From an uncultured Verrucomicrobiae bacterium (lineage in GTDB: Bacteria; Verrucomicrobiota; Verrucomicrobiia; Limisphaerales; Palsa-1400): a stretch of DNA of 64,000 nucleotides. Location of the stretch: contig OY969763.1 of NCBI GenBank assembly GCA_963702845.1, forward strand, positions 3,712,001 through 3,776,000. Reading direction: 5' to 3'. A program made the position numbers and the translations under genes. Below the pieces are notes generated by a model. It was not told the DNA's origin and did not search any database. It was given only the letters and a program-made list of their open reading frames with translations. Shown here piece after piece: positions 41,242-52,305 of the stretch (position 1 is its first letter; each line of letters opens with the position of its first letter).

Positions 41242-41793
41242 TTATGCTTTTTCAACTTGCCAATACTCCAGTTCAACTGGCGTATTGCGTCCAAAAATAT
41301 TTACCGTGACTTTCAGCTTGCCGCGGTCCGGTTCGATTTCCTCAATCACGCCGCTGAAATTCAAGAACGGACCATCGTTGATCTTCACCGTTTCGCCAAC
41401 TTCGAAGTTGACCTTCGGTTTCTCGGTATCTTCTGAGTCCGAAATCGTCGATTTAATCGTCGCCATTTCGTCTTCCGTCACCGGAATTGGACGATCCCCG
41501 CCAACGATGCCGATTTTTCCAGGCGTATCCTGGATGAAATACCACGGCTTTTCTAAAATTCTTTTATTTTCATCCACTAGAACCATGTCGATATAGACAT
41601 AGCCGGGATGAAGCTTGCGCGTCGTCACGGTCTTTTTACCGCCACGAACATCGACTACCTTTTCCACAGGAACGAGAACTTCTTTGATGAACTCCGTCAT
41701 CTCTTCGGTCTTCAACCGCTTCTCGATGTTGTCTTTGACCTTCTGCTCCTGGCCGGACAAAGTATGGATTACAAACCACTGGCTTTTAGGCAT
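41242..41793 (-). CDS. nusG: transcription termination/antitermination factor NusG
   Basis: WFVIHTLSGQE, PGYVYIDM, KOW motif GETVKINDGPF, IFGRNTPVEL. Confidence 0.97.
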   Translation of the reverse strand: MPKSQWFVIHTLSGQEQKVKDNIEKRLKTEEMTEFIKEVLVPVEKVVDVRGGKKTVTTRKLHPGYVYIDMVLVDENKRILEKPWYFIQDTPGKIGIVGGDRPIPVTEDEMATIKSTISDSEDTEKPKVNFEVGETVKINDGPFLNFSGVIEEIEPDRGKLKVTVNIFGRNTPVELEYWQVEKA

Positions 41794-41803
41794 CGCAATG
41801 TCC

Positions 41804-42061
41804 TCAAACGATTGCCTGAACGATCCAGGCAACCACAAAATCAATTCCCACGGTGAATGCTCCGAGCAGCACAATGGCTACCAGCACCACGATGGTTGAG
41901 CCTTTCAGCTCATTCCACGAGGGCCAGGTGCACTTCCGCAATTCTTCTTCAGTTTCTCTGAAAAAGCCCGAAACGCGCAAAAACGCTCCACGCCGCACAA
42001 GCAACGCGAAGACGATGGTGGCAATGACCACCGCGATAATAATCGGCAACAATTCTTTCAT
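41804..42061 (-). CDS. secE: preprotein translocase SecE
   Basis: EELRKCTWPS motif followed by TM helix; position before nusG. Confidence 0.92.
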   Translation of the reverse strand: MKELLPIIIAVVIATIVFALLVRRGAFLRVSGFFRETEEELRKCTWPSWNELKGSTIVVLVAIVLLGAFTVGIDFVVAWIVQAIV

Positions 42062-42094
42062 GTTTTCCTAACTTATCTCTCACCACTTCCGCAA

Positions 42095-42184
42095 TGGCGG
42101 AGGGGGAGGGATTCGAACCCCCGGTGCGGTTTCCCGCACAGCGGTTTTCAAGACCGCCGCAATAGACCACTCTGCCACCCCTCC
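42095..42184 (-). tRNA. tRNA-Ser(TGA)
   Basis: GGAGGGG acceptor, GCGGT-CTTGAAA-ACCGC anticodon arm, long variable arm, GGTTCGAATC, CCA. Confidence 0.96.
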
Positions 42185-42217
42185 ACTCAAACTTCAACTC
42201 TCATTTTCAAACAAGAG

Positions 42218-42293
42218 TGGCACGGCGGGAGGGACTTGAACCCCCAACCGACGGTTTTGGAGACCGCTACTCTACCAATTGAGCTACCGCCGT
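42218..42293 (-). tRNA. tRNA-Trp(CCA)
   Basis: ACGGCGG acceptor, GCGGT-CTCCAAA-ACCGT anticodon arm, GGTTCAAGTC, CCA. Confidence 0.96.
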
Positions 42294-42320
42294 TGCCTGT
42301 AGCGTCCCAGTTTCGAGATC

Positions 42321-42341
42321 GTATCGCAGATTTATCCTGCG
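42321..42341 (+). repeat. REP-like element (GTAT + hairpin)
   Basis: GTAT-CGCAG-ATTTATC-CTGCG. Confidence 0.4.
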
Positions 42342-42370
42342 AACCGCCGTCTCACCAGGTTCGGAGCGCA

Positions 42371-42399
42371 AGAGGGAGCCGCATTGAGCGACTCCCTCT
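42371..42399 (-). terminator. hairpin just downstream of tuf
   Basis: agagggag...ctccctct stem; weak U tract. Confidence 0.5.
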
Positions 42400-42407
42400 G
42401 TGAAAAA

Positions 42408-43598
<1,191 letters not shown>

Positions 43599-43724
43599 TG
43601 CTGACTCCTACTTTTATTTGTTTTAGTTTCTTCTTGTTAACAATTGTTTGTTTCGCGCATCGGCCTCAGCCGCCGCGATGTTCTCATCTAATTCGCTCCG
43701 CATTCCGCCTCTCACTCCCGAAAA

Positions 43725-43800
43725 TGGAGCCCATGATCAGGATTGAACTGATGACCTCGTCCTTACCAAGGACGTGCTCTACCAACTGAGCTACATGGGC
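43725..43800 (-). tRNA. tRNA-Thr(GGT)
   Basis: GCCCATG acceptor, CGTCC-TTGGTAA-GGACG anticodon arm, CCA. Confidence 0.97.
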
Positions 43801-43968
43801 AAAGCCAAAAATCTTTGCGTGTCCTGATCTGCAACTCGTCCCTCAAATTGCACCAAATTTTGCCGTCCTAATATAACGACGACAAAAAAACCAACACCCC
43901 CGACTCTTTCAATAAGAAAAAGCTTCGGGGCTGCTGATTTATAGCCATTTACCCGATAACTGGCACAG

Positions 43969-43997
43969 AAACTAAGTTCGGCCCCTACAACTGTCAA
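43969..43997 (-). promoter_or_regulatory. putative sigma70 promoter of the tRNA-Thr-tuf operon
   Basis: TTGACA-N17-TAGTTT. Confidence 0.6.
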
Positions 43998-44059
43998 CGC
44001 TTTTTTTCCGGAATTTTGGTGATGCAACGCTCTCCAAGCCCTCAAAATCGCGCCCCAAT

Positions 44060-44551
44060 CTATATCGTTGCCAACCCAGCGATGTAATTCGGACGTATGC
44101 GGGCAGTTATTTCCTTTGCATTCACATGAACACCACCCGCCAGCAGGATAAACGCACTCACCCATAAAAAATAGCCACTGCCAAAACCTTGGTCGTCGTG
44201 CAGGAATACGTCCACCGACGCCACATATAAGACCAGCACAACAGTCGTGATTCGAAGCCACAACATCGGATTCTGTTTACGCCATGAATAAATCCACAAA
44301 ACGGGCGAGATAACCATGATCAGGTTCGCGACAGTAAAGAAACCGTAATAGACCCACCCACCTAGACGAGGCAGCAGTCCATCTCCACTTGAGTCTTGCA
44401 GTGGCCGAATGAAAATCTCCGCGCACATCTGCGCCGCACCCCATCCTGAAGTTATAGCGAAAAGACCCTTCGTTACCGGCAGAAAAAGCGAAACCACAAA
44501 CGCAAGCCAAGCCGCTGCAAGAAACCAAACCGAAACGCGGGGCAACCTCAT
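44060..44551 (-). CDS. hypothetical 4-TM membrane protein
   Basis: Four hydrophobic segments; SLFLP ... GSGYFLW. Confidence 0.6.
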   Translation of the reverse strand: MRLPRVSVWFLAAAWLAFVVSLFLPVTKGLFAITSGWGAAQMCAEIFIRPLQDSSGDGLLPRLGGWVYYGFFTVANLIMVISPVLWIYSWRKQNPMLWLRITTVVLVLYVASVDVFLHDDQGFGSGYFLWVSAFILLAGGVHVNAKEITARIRPNYIAGLATI

Positions 44552-44656
44552 ACAATCGGTTTACGCCTGACCGAGTCGACTTGCAATTGCATAGTAATTG
44601 CCGTCGTAAATTACAAAAGAGGTTGGGTTTGGGGTTCGCTAGAACCATAGTGAAGT

Positions 44657-46876
44657 ATGGCGTCAGCCAACACTGAACTAGTGGTGAGAGGAATGAATTG
44701 CACCGGATGCGCGAACAGCGTGACGCAGGCGCTGCGCGCTGTCCCGGGCGTCACTAGCGCCGAAGTGTCGCTACAACAAGGCCGTGCCAAAGTGCGCTGG
44801 AGCGATGGCGCGCAAAGTGCCGAGCAATTGATTCAAGCAGTCCACGACGCCGGCTTTCAAGCGGAGGTCTTGTCATCAGAACAGCCCAACCGCAACGAGT
44901 GGTCTCCACTCGAGGGCTGGCGATTCAATGCCGTGGTCGGCGGAGCCGTCACGGCTCTGTTAATGATTGGCGAATGGGTGCTGCACCTCGAAACGCAGGC
45001 AAGGTTTCAATGGATGGCATTCGCGCTCGCCACAATTGTTCAAATCGCCTGCGGTGCGCGATTCTATCGCGGGGCGTGGCGCCAATTGAAACAAGGCGCT
45101 TCGAACATGGACACGTTGGTGTCGCTCGGATCGACCACCGCCTTTGCTTACAGCGTCTGGGTTCTGTTTTCACACGCAGGCGGTCACCTCTACTTCATGG
45201 AATCCGCGGCGATCATCACCCTGATCAGCGTCGGCCATTGGATGGAAGCCCTCGCCGCAACTCGCGCGGAAAGTTCATTAAAAGCGTTGCTGCACCTCGC
45301 GCCGCAAGTCGCGCGCCGAGTCGAAAATGGCAACGAACGAGAAGTTGCCGTCGACGATTTGCGATCGGGCGATCTGATCCGCGTTCGTCCCGGCGAACGA
45401 ATTCCGGTCGACGCCAATCTCACGGAAGGACAATCGGCTGTCGATGAAGCAATGCTCACTGGAGAATCCTTGCCCGTCGATAAAGAGACGGGCTCCCAGG
45501 TTTACGCAGGAACGATGAACGTGACCGGCCAATTTGTCGCACAAGTGAGCGCGACGGGTGAAGGCACCGCCCTCGCGCAAATCATCGCCGCCGTGCAACG
45601 CGCCCAGAACAGCCGCGCCAATATTCAAAGACTCGCCGACAACGTCAGTAATGTTTTCGTGCCGATTGTCGTTTTGACCGCGCTCGCGACCGGCCTTTGG
45701 TGGGGATTCGCACCGGACACCGCGCATCGCGTCGTCGATTTTCTCGGCCGATATTTGTGGAAATCGCACGTGCCAGATTCCGCTTTCACGGCGGCGATCA
45801 TTTGCGCCGCGGGCGTTCTAATCGTGGCTTGTCCATGCGCGATGGGATTGGCCACACCCATATCACTTATGGCGAGCAGCAACGCAGCGGCGCGACGTGG
45901 GATATTGATCCGTGATGGAATTGCGCTTGAGCGCGCTGGCGAACTTACCGCAATCGTCTTTGATAAAACCGGAACATTAACAAAGGGCAAACCAGCCGTG
46001 GCGGCATTCGAAAATTTCGGCAGCGCTCCCCTGCCCGCCGACCAATTGGCGGCGGCGCTGGCACACGCTTCCAACCATCCCTTGAGTAAAGCGGTCGCGA
46101 AAATTTCCGCGACCAAAGTTGATCTGCGCAATTGGAAGGAATTGCGTGGAGCCGGTGTTGAAGCAGACATTGACACAGGCAAAGTGCGGCTCGGTTCCAT
46201 CGCCCATTTGCAACGCTCAGGAGTTGACACGGTTGCCGCGTCGAAATTCCTCGAGGACTGGACAGGTCGCGGCGCAACAGTGCTGGGGTTGAGCATTAAC
46301 CATCAGCTTGTAGCGGCGATTGCGCTACAGGATTCGATTCATGCAAATGCGCGCGACGTCATTTCCCGGCTCCGCAGGGCTGGGCTGAAAGTGTATCTGA
46401 TCACCGGCGACAATCCGCGAACAGCCAAAGCGATCGCTGCTCAGGCGGGCATCAAAGAGGAAAATGTCTTCGCACAGGTCCGGCCCGAAGAAAAAGCAAC
46501 GCTTGTCAAACACCTGCAAGGAGGCGGCGAGCGCGTCGCATTCGTTGGCGATGGGATCAACGACGCGCCTGCGCTCGAGCAGGCTGATTTAGGAATTGCG
46601 GTGAGCAAGGCCAGCGATGTCGCCAACGAAGCCGCGGATATCATTCTGCTGAAATCGGATATCAGCGGTGTCGTCGAAGCGCTGGGATTGGCCCGGGCGA
46701 CGTTGCGAACAATTAAGCAAAATCTTTTCTGGGCCTTTTTCTACAACGCCGCTGCGGTGCCGCTGGCGGCCCTTGGATTTTTGAATCCAGTCCTGTGCGC
46801 AGCCGCTATGGGTTTATCCGACCTCGTGGTTATCGGTAACGCCCTGCGGTTGGCGAAGTATCCCGGAAGAAAATAA
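44657..46876 (+). CDS. copA: heavy-metal (Cu+) P1B-type ATPase
   Basis: [41 protein letters not shown]. Confidence 0.92.
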   Translation: MASANTELVVRGMNCTGCANSVTQALRAVPGVTSAEVSLQQGRAKVRWSDGAQSAEQLIQAVHDAGFQAEVLSSEQPNRNEWSPLEGWRFNAVVGGAVTALLMIGEWVLHLETQARFQWMAFALATIVQIACGARFYRGAWRQLKQGASNMDTLVSLGSTTAFAYSVWVLFSHAGGHLYFMESAAIITLISVGHWMEALAATRAESSLKALLHLAPQVARRVENGNEREVAVDDLRSGDLIRVRPGERIPVDANLTEGQSAVDEAMLTGESLPVDKETGSQVYAGTMNVTGQFVAQVSATGEGTALAQIIAAVQRAQNSRANIQRLADNVSNVFVPIVVLTALATGLWWGFAPDTAHRVVDFLGRYLWKSHVPDSAFTAAIICAAGVLIVACPCAMGLATPISLMASSNAAARRGILIRDGIALERAGELTAIVFDKTGTLTKGKPAVAAFENFGSAPLPADQLAAALAHASNHPLSKAVAKISATKVDLRNWKELRGAGVEADIDTGKVRLGSIAHLQRSGVDTVAASKFLEDWTGRGATVLGLSINHQLVAAIALQDSIHANARDVISRLRRAGLKVYLITGDNPRTAKAIAAQAGIKEENVFAQVRPEEKATLVKHLQGGGERVAFVGDGINDAPALEQADLGIAVSKASDVANEAADIILLKSDISGVVEALGLARATLRTIKQNLFWAFFYNAAAVPLAALGFLNPVLCAAAMGLSDLVVIGNALRLAKYPGRK

Positions 46877-46880
46877 AACG

Positions 46881-46929
46881 ACAGAGACACAGAGGAATGA
46901 CTCCTCCATGTTTCTGTATGTCTGTGGTT
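46881..46929. repeat. degenerate inverted repeat (ACAGAGACACAGAG type)
   Basis: acagagacacagagg ... ttctgtatgtctgtggt after the copA stop. Confidence 0.4.
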
Positions 46930-47136
46930 ATGCCACAGTGGAAATTGGGCGTTACGCCTTCTTCGCCTTAGTCTTCGTCTTAGCGACAACTTTTTTGCGT
47001 TTAATGTATGCGTCGCGACGGCTACGTTTGATTACTTTGTTCGATTGTTGGCCCATAAGGATTTGATTTTTAGACTACAAATACGGATACAAAACTTTAC
47101 TTTGTGTTTCTAATTTCGTCTTGTATCCGAGGCAAT

Positions 47137-47646
47137 ATGAAGAAGGTGTTCTCGTCGTTCAATCTCTATTTCATTCTCGCAATCCTCATCGCGGGCTGCG
47201 CTACCACCGAAAAATCCAAACAAAAGAAGGAGCAGTCGACCGTTCGACTCCATCTGGAAGCTCCACAAACCGACGACAACGGCGCCAGCGGCGTCGTTCT
47301 GGTGACAAAGCAGCGGGTGCCCGTCAACGTCGATCGCGAACCATTCTTGAGCGAAGGCGAGCTCCATCATGCCGAAATCGTGGCAGCCCCGGGCGGCTTC
47401 GCTATTGCGCTGAATTTCTCCGATCACGGCATGTTCCAACTAGACATGGTTTCGACATCCAACAAAGGCCGGCGGGTCGCAGTGTTAGCCCAATTCCCGG
47501 AATCACACTGGATCGCAGCACCGATGATTACCCGGCGCATGTCCAACGGCGTATTCACCTTCACACCCGATTTGACACTGGAAGAAGCCCAACGATTCGT
47601 GCGCGGCTTGAATAACGTGGCGGAAAAAGCCCGAAAACAGTTTTGA
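47137..47646 (+). CDS. lipoprotein resembling the SecDF P1 head subdomain
   Basis: Lipobox IAGC; FAIALNFSDHG...SNKGRRVAV...AAPMI...TLEEAQRFVRGL. Confidence 0.65.
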   Translation: MKKVFSSFNLYFILAILIAGCATTEKSKQKKEQSTVRLHLEAPQTDDNGASGVVLVTKQRVPVNVDREPFLSEGELHHAEIVAAPGGFAIALNFSDHGMFQLDMVSTSNKGRRVAVLAQFPESHWIAAPMITRRMSNGVFTFTPDLTLEEAQRFVRGLNNVAEKARKQF

Positions 47647-47679
47647 AGCCGTTTCCATCCGTTTTCGTGAGAAGCTAAA

Positions 47680-48768
47680 ATGGAAACGCTCCAAGCTCCA
47701 ACATCCAAGCTCCAAGGAAGCTCCAAACTTCAAGCTTCAACCTCCACCTTCCGATTTGGTGTTTGGAGCTTGAAGTTTCTCTTGATCTTGGTGCTTGGAG
47801 CTTGGAGCTTTTCCGCCTCGGCGCAACCTTTCCATCTCCCCACCGCCAATCACGCTCTCTTCGAAAAAAACGGCGGCGACAAATTTTTCGTAGGCACGAC
47901 CGGCAAACCATGGGAAAGCGGCTGTTTCGGTTGCGTGCGCTCGGACGGCTGGCAAATGCACGAAGGTCTCGATATCAAATGCCTCCAGCGCGACAGACAC
48001 GGCGAACCCACCGATCCAGTCATGGCCACCGCCGAAGGCACCGTCGCATATTTTAGTAACAAACCCGGACTGTCTAATTACGGCCGCTACGTCGTGTTGC
48101 GCCACATTGTCGACGGCATCGAGATCTATTCACTCTATGCACATCTAAGCGCCATCCGCGATGGCTTAAAAATTGGTCAACAAGTCCACACCGGCGAACA
48201 GATTGCCGTGATGGGCCGCACCAGCAACACCCGCGAACGCATCACCAAAGAACGCGCTCACGTCCACTTCGAACTGAATCTCCTCTACAGCGACAACTAC
48301 TCGAACTGGCACAAAAAGAACCTCCCCGGACAACAAAACGACCACGGCGAATGGAACGGCCAGAATCTCGTCGGCATGGATCCCAAGCTGATGCTCCAAG
48401 CCGGGCAAATGCAGGGATCGAAGTTCAATCTCGCGCAATGGATCCAGACCCGCCCCGAACTCCTTCGCGTGCTCGTGCGCAAAACCGATTTCCCATGGCT
48501 CCGTCGCTATCACGCGTTGGTTGTCGAACGCAATTTGGACAAAAAGACGATCGCCGGTTACGAGATCGCCTTTGACTACAACGGACTCCCCTTCCAACTC
48601 ATCCCCCACACCGCCGCCGAAATGAAGAGCGGCTCGAAATATCAACTACTCACCGTCAACGCCGCCGAGTACGCTAAAAATCCGTGCCGCAAATTAGTGA
48701 AGCAACGCGGCTCACGCTGGGAACTCACGAACAAGGGAACGTCGCTACTGGATTTGTTGCTCTATTGA
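47680..48768 (+). CDS. M23-family metallopeptidase (alternative start TTG 47770)
   Basis: HEGLD (HxxxD), YGRYVVLRH, SLYAHL, HVHFE (HxH). Confidence 0.9.
   Translation: METLQAPTSKLQGSSKLQASTSTFRFGVWSLKFLLILVLGAWSFSASAQPFHLPTANHALFEKNGGDKFFVGTTGKPWESGCFGCVRSDGWQMHEGLDIKCLQRDRHGEPTDPVMATAEGTVAYFSNKPGLSNYGRYVVLRHIVDGIEIYSLYAHLSAIRDGLKIGQQVHTGEQIAVMGRTSNTRERITKERAHVHFELNLLYSDNYSNWHKKNLPGQQNDHGEWNGQNLVGMDPKLMLQAGQMQGSKFNLAQWIQTRPELLRVLVRKTDFPWLRRYHALVVERNLDKKTIAGYEIAFDYNGLPFQLIPHTAAEMKSGSKYQLLTVNAAEYAKNPCRKLVKQRGSRWELTNKGTSLLDLLLY
47688..47808. repeat. palindromic heptamer-repeat element inside the 5' end of the M23 gene
   Basis: Perfect 14-bp terminal inverted repeat GCTCCAAGCTCCAA / TTGGAGCTTGGAGC; ~50-bp imperfect arms. 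Confidence 0.85.
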
Positions 48769-49439
48769 AGCTGTTTGGGGCCGCCGTAAGGACTTTGGTA
48801 GTCGCGTTTGATCTGCCGTTTTTCTCTTTCTGTGTTGGCCTTTTCCATTTCAAGCGAGTGCTGTCCGACGTATTCCGGGCTCAGCCGCTGCTGCAACCCA
48901 TGCTCACCGTAACGAAGGCTTTGATTGCGATTGAGGCCAATAGCCGGTGGTTCCAGTAACGCCTCGCCCCAACTGTGCGCGTCCGCCGGCAACAAAATGT
49001 TCGCAACATCCGACAGGCTCATCACCGTTACCAGCACCTGGATCGCATTACCGCCCCCCAGCTTCTCTTTCCACTTTTTTTCACCGATTGAACGCAACAC
49101 GCCAAAATCATCAAAGACCAGCATGGCCGCTTGCTGGTCGAGATTATTCCACGCATGCACGAATTTGAAGTAACGTAAAAATCCCACAGGCACACTGAGG
49201 CCGAGTTGGAATTCTTTCACACGCGTATACTCGTAAAGAAAAACAAATCCATCCGGCAACCGACTCGCGCGATTTGGCGGACCTAAATCATGGATCACAG
49301 TCCCAACTTGAGTTTTTCCTTCAGTGAAAGTGTTATGTTGCGCCGGCAATGGTCGTCCCATTTCCGTCCGAAAAGACGAACAACCGCAAAGCAGACACAC
49401 AACCGTGCTGCAATGCGCGATGAGCCAAAAACGGTTCAT
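48762..49439 (-). CDS. hypothetical lipoprotein (BamE/SmpA-like N-terminal region)
   Basis: Lipobox LCGC; EGKTQVGTVIHDLGPP...FLYEY. Confidence 0.65.
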   Translation of the reverse strand: MNRFWLIAHCSTVVCLLCGCSSFRTEMGRPLPAQHNTFTEGKTQVGTVIHDLGPPNRASRLPDGFVFLYEYTRVKEFQLGLSVPVGFLRYFKFVHAWNNLDQQAAMLVFDDFGVLRSIGEKKWKEKLGGGNAIQVLVTVMSLSDVANILLPADAHSWGEALLEPPAIGLNRNQSLRYGEHGLQQRLSPEYVGQHSLEMEKANTEREKRQIKRDYQSPYGGPKQLQ

Positions 49440-49813
49440 TTCTCGCGAGGGATGAATTCAGGACTGTAGGAACAATCCGTCAGCATCCGCTGCCGATCAA
49501 AAAAGAAGACCGCCCGATCGTAAGTAATGCGTTGCTTCGTCTGATTATAAATAATCAGGTAGAACGCCTTCGTCCGCGATTGCTCGCGCAAATAATAAAA
49601 AAGCGTTTGGTCGTGCAACGCGATCACTTGCGAGGGTGGGCCTAGCACGCGCATGACATCCGATTCGGTAGAACGCCCTTTTTCGAAAACTGGCGCCGAC
49701 GAATCACGCCACTTGTTTTCCACCCCCATCTCGCTGCTCTTGCTGACGCACCCAACTGCAACAAACAGCAACAACGCCAGTCCACTGAGCTTGTTAAAGC
49801 ACTTCATCATCAT
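49436..49813 (-). CDS. BamE/SmpA-like lipoprotein
   Basis: Lipobox AVGC; KGRSTESDVMRVLGPPS, FFFD. Confidence 0.7.
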   Translation of the reverse strand: MMMKCFNKLSGLALLLFVAVGCVSKSSEMGVENKWRDSSAPVFEKGRSTESDVMRVLGPPSQVIALHDQTLFYYLREQSRTKAFYLIIYNQTKQRITYDRAVFFFDRQRMLTDCSYSPEFIPREK

Positions 49814-49910
49814 AATCCCTCCAGGCCCGGGTAAGCGTGGTGCTGGAGTCAGTTGGCTGCCTCGCCAACAATCAACAGCACCACGGTGAACCTGGCAATC
49901 GTCGTCACGG

Positions 49911-50489
49911 CTACTTGCTGCTCACATCAATTGCAAGCGATTGGGTAGCGGTTACCACCACCTGGTCTCCATTTTTCAGACTGTCGAATCGTTTCATGTC
50001 CTCGGGCACCTTAACGACGGTGGTTGTTCCATCCGGCGCCATGAGCGTGACTTCCCTTGTGGTGCGATCAATTTTTTCGACGGTGGCGCTGATTTGCTGC
50101 GTCGTCGTTTGTTCAGCGGACGGTTTCGCTCCGACCGGCGCGCGGCTGAGAGTTTGGCTCTGAATTGCAGACGGCGGCTCGTCCGACTTGCGGATGTCCA
50201 ATGCGACGGATTCACTGTATTTCGCCGTCACGGTATCACCTTTTTTGATCTGATCGAAATTCCTGACCGTGTCCGGCGCTTTGATTGTCACGAGCGAGCC
50301 GTCTTCCCTGCGCAACGTTACTTCACGCGTATCTTTGTTAACTTTGTCAACCGTCGCCTTCGTGGTTTTGGCTTCTTCCGATTTTACCGGCGAGCCGGCA
50401 TTTTGCGTTTGTGTTTGCGCGTGCGCCACAAAATAGGGCGCTGCCGCCAGCAGCACACAGGTTTTAATCGTCAACACGATCATTCTCAT
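49911..50489 (-). CDS. secreted protein with two OB-fold-like repeats
   Basis: Signal peptide; duplicated ATVxKxxxxTREVTL...DG...FDxxKxGDxV; AGGAGG SD. Confidence 0.8.
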   Translation of the reverse strand: MRMIVLTIKTCVLLAAAPYFVAHAQTQTQNAGSPVKSEEAKTTKATVDKVNKDTREVTLRREDGSLVTIKAPDTVRNFDQIKKGDTVTAKYSESVALDIRKSDEPPSAIQSQTLSRAPVGAKPSAEQTTTQQISATVEKIDRTTREVTLMAPDGTTTVVKVPEDMKRFDSLKNGDQVVVTATQSLAIDVSSK

Positions 50490-51015
50490 AATTCCTCCTT
50501 TTAGTTTTTTACTGCACTCCCAGTCATCAAATGCTCTCGAGAGCCCTCAGAAGTTTTGCCCGCACCGATGCGCACCCTTTCGAGGGCGGAAAGTAACAGG
50601 AGGGGACGATACAGGCGTAAATAACCGCCTCCACCGTACCCCTCCCGGGTTCCTCTTCCCTACCTGTTGGTCAGTTGCAAAAAGCGGATGCTTGTAAAAA
50701 ATTGCGTAGCTTGGGATGCCCCACACAGAGCTACTGTACACAGGAGTGACGCCATGGCTCTCTGGTTGTACGAAGAAATCGTTCATATAGCTCCTAGCTC
50801 CTTGGTCGCCCCTGAGGTTAATACCGTTTGCTGATGCTCGCCATGGGACTTTGGTCGTCAGCGTGATTGTTAAATTGCTCTCCTCGATTGCATTAAGCCC
50901 AAGGTCTCATTGCTCGAATGCCAAATCAGACCGAGAATAATCTGCCGATAGACCAAGTATCAGGAGCGGCCCTTTACCCCACAAATGGAATCTGTGCCGA
51001 TGGCGTGGAGGAAAG

Positions 51016-51372
51016 GTGATAATGCAAGATGAAATAATGTTGTATTTCGGTAGCGTTGCCGAAGGGTTGATAGTCCTGGCTGTAATCATCATTTCGGGCG
51101 TTGCTTTGACAACCGGCTATTCCGTTCTAAAAAACCACCAGCGCTGTTCTGGACATCCGGAGAGATCACCCGCCTGGGACTCATTTGCCGCCTGGCTTCT
51201 CATCGCCGTCCAAATCGTGTTGGCGATCCACATCATCAAAGCATTCGTTTGGCCGAATTGGATTACCCTTTGCGCAGCCGGGGCGATAGCCATCGTCCAG
51301 ATGCTCCTGAACTGTGTTATCCGCAGAGACAGCGAGTCTGCCTCTTTGCCAGTGAAACATGAACAAATTTAA
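51016..51372 (+). CDS. DUF1622-like small membrane protein (divergent)
   Basis: 3 TM segments; LLIAVQIVLAIHIIKAFVWPNW...LLN pattern; GGAGG SD. Confidence 0.5.
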   Translation: MIMQDEIMLYFGSVAEGLIVLAVIIISGVALTTGYSVLKNHQRCSGHPERSPAWDSFAAWLLIAVQIVLAIHIIKAFVWPNWITLCAAGAIAIVQMLLNCVIRRDSESASLPVKHEQI

Positions 51373-51615
51373 ATGCCGGAGAAAGCGCTCAACGGCAAAC
51401 CGACTGCACGATACAGCATTTGCCTAACCGCTTTTACACGTCCTACCACTCTCGCGTGAAGCTCCTTTGCGCTATGGTCTTAGGTGAACAAACTTTCGGA
51501 AAAGAGCTGGATGAATTCACGATTCACTTCATCGACTGGTTTGAAGATCGTCGCCAGCGCGCATTGTTATTCCAGCATCCGCTCCGATACGGGTTCATTG
51601 CTTAAGGCGGATCCC

Positions 51616-52305
51616 ATGATTTTAATTGTCGCACAACATCCCACTACATCACGGCGGATCGTCGACATCGTAAGAAGCGCAGGCTATCGCACCGCCACGT
51701 TCGAAAGCACGATGGAGTTGCTAAACTCACCCCACCTGCAACCACCCTGTTGTTTACTGTTGGAATGGAATCTGACGCAAAATAATGGATTGGATTTCCA
51801 GCAGGAGCTCGCACGTCGTTTTGAATTTATTCCGGTCATTGCTCTGAGCGAAAATTCATCGGTCGCGGTTGGAATCGCCGCGATGAAAGCCGGCGCAGTT
51901 GATTACCTGGTCACGCCGGTGGAAGCAGCCGTGCTTGCAGACGCCATTAAGACCGCTCTCGCGAAACAGGTAAAAACCTCCGAGTCCAACAAACGTTCCG
52001 TGAAATTCCGTCGAGGCTGGCAATCGTTAACCAGCCGCGAACAGCAGGTCCTCTCCTTCATCACCAACGGTTACTTGAACAAGCAGATTGCGGCCAAACT
52101 GGGAATTTCCGAAAAAACGATCAAAGTGCATCGCAGCCGTGTAATGAAAAAAATGCAGGTCGCTTCTTTCGCCGAATTAGTGCGATTAGCCGAGCACGCC
52201 TCGATCACCGAAAACCTCAGTGACGAACGCACGAGCAACAGCGCGGGTCGTAATGTGAAACGCAACGGATCTCACACTGAGTTGGCGCCAAATTGTTTGC
52301 CGTAG
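51616..52305 (+). CDS. FixJ-like response regulator (atypical REC + LuxR HTH); start uncertain (51484/51511/51616)
   Basis: AMKAGAVDYL; LTSREQQVL...LNKQIAAKLGISEKTIKVHRSRVMKKM. Confidence 0.88.
   Translation: MILIVAQHPTTSRRIVDIVRSAGYRTATFESTMELLNSPHLQPPCCLLLEWNLTQNNGLDFQQELARRFEFIPVIALSENSSVAVGIAAMKAGAVDYLVTPVEAAVLADAIKTALAKQVKTSESNKRSVKFRRGWQSLTSREQQVLSFITNGYLNKQIAAKLGISEKTIKVHRSRVMKKMQVASFAELVRLAEHASITENLSDERTSNSAGRNVKRNGSHTELAPNCLP

Noticed and set aside
43791..44261. 156-aa ORF overlapping tRNA-Thr and its promoter
   Set aside because: Overlaps a tRNA, a promoter and a better ORF in another frame
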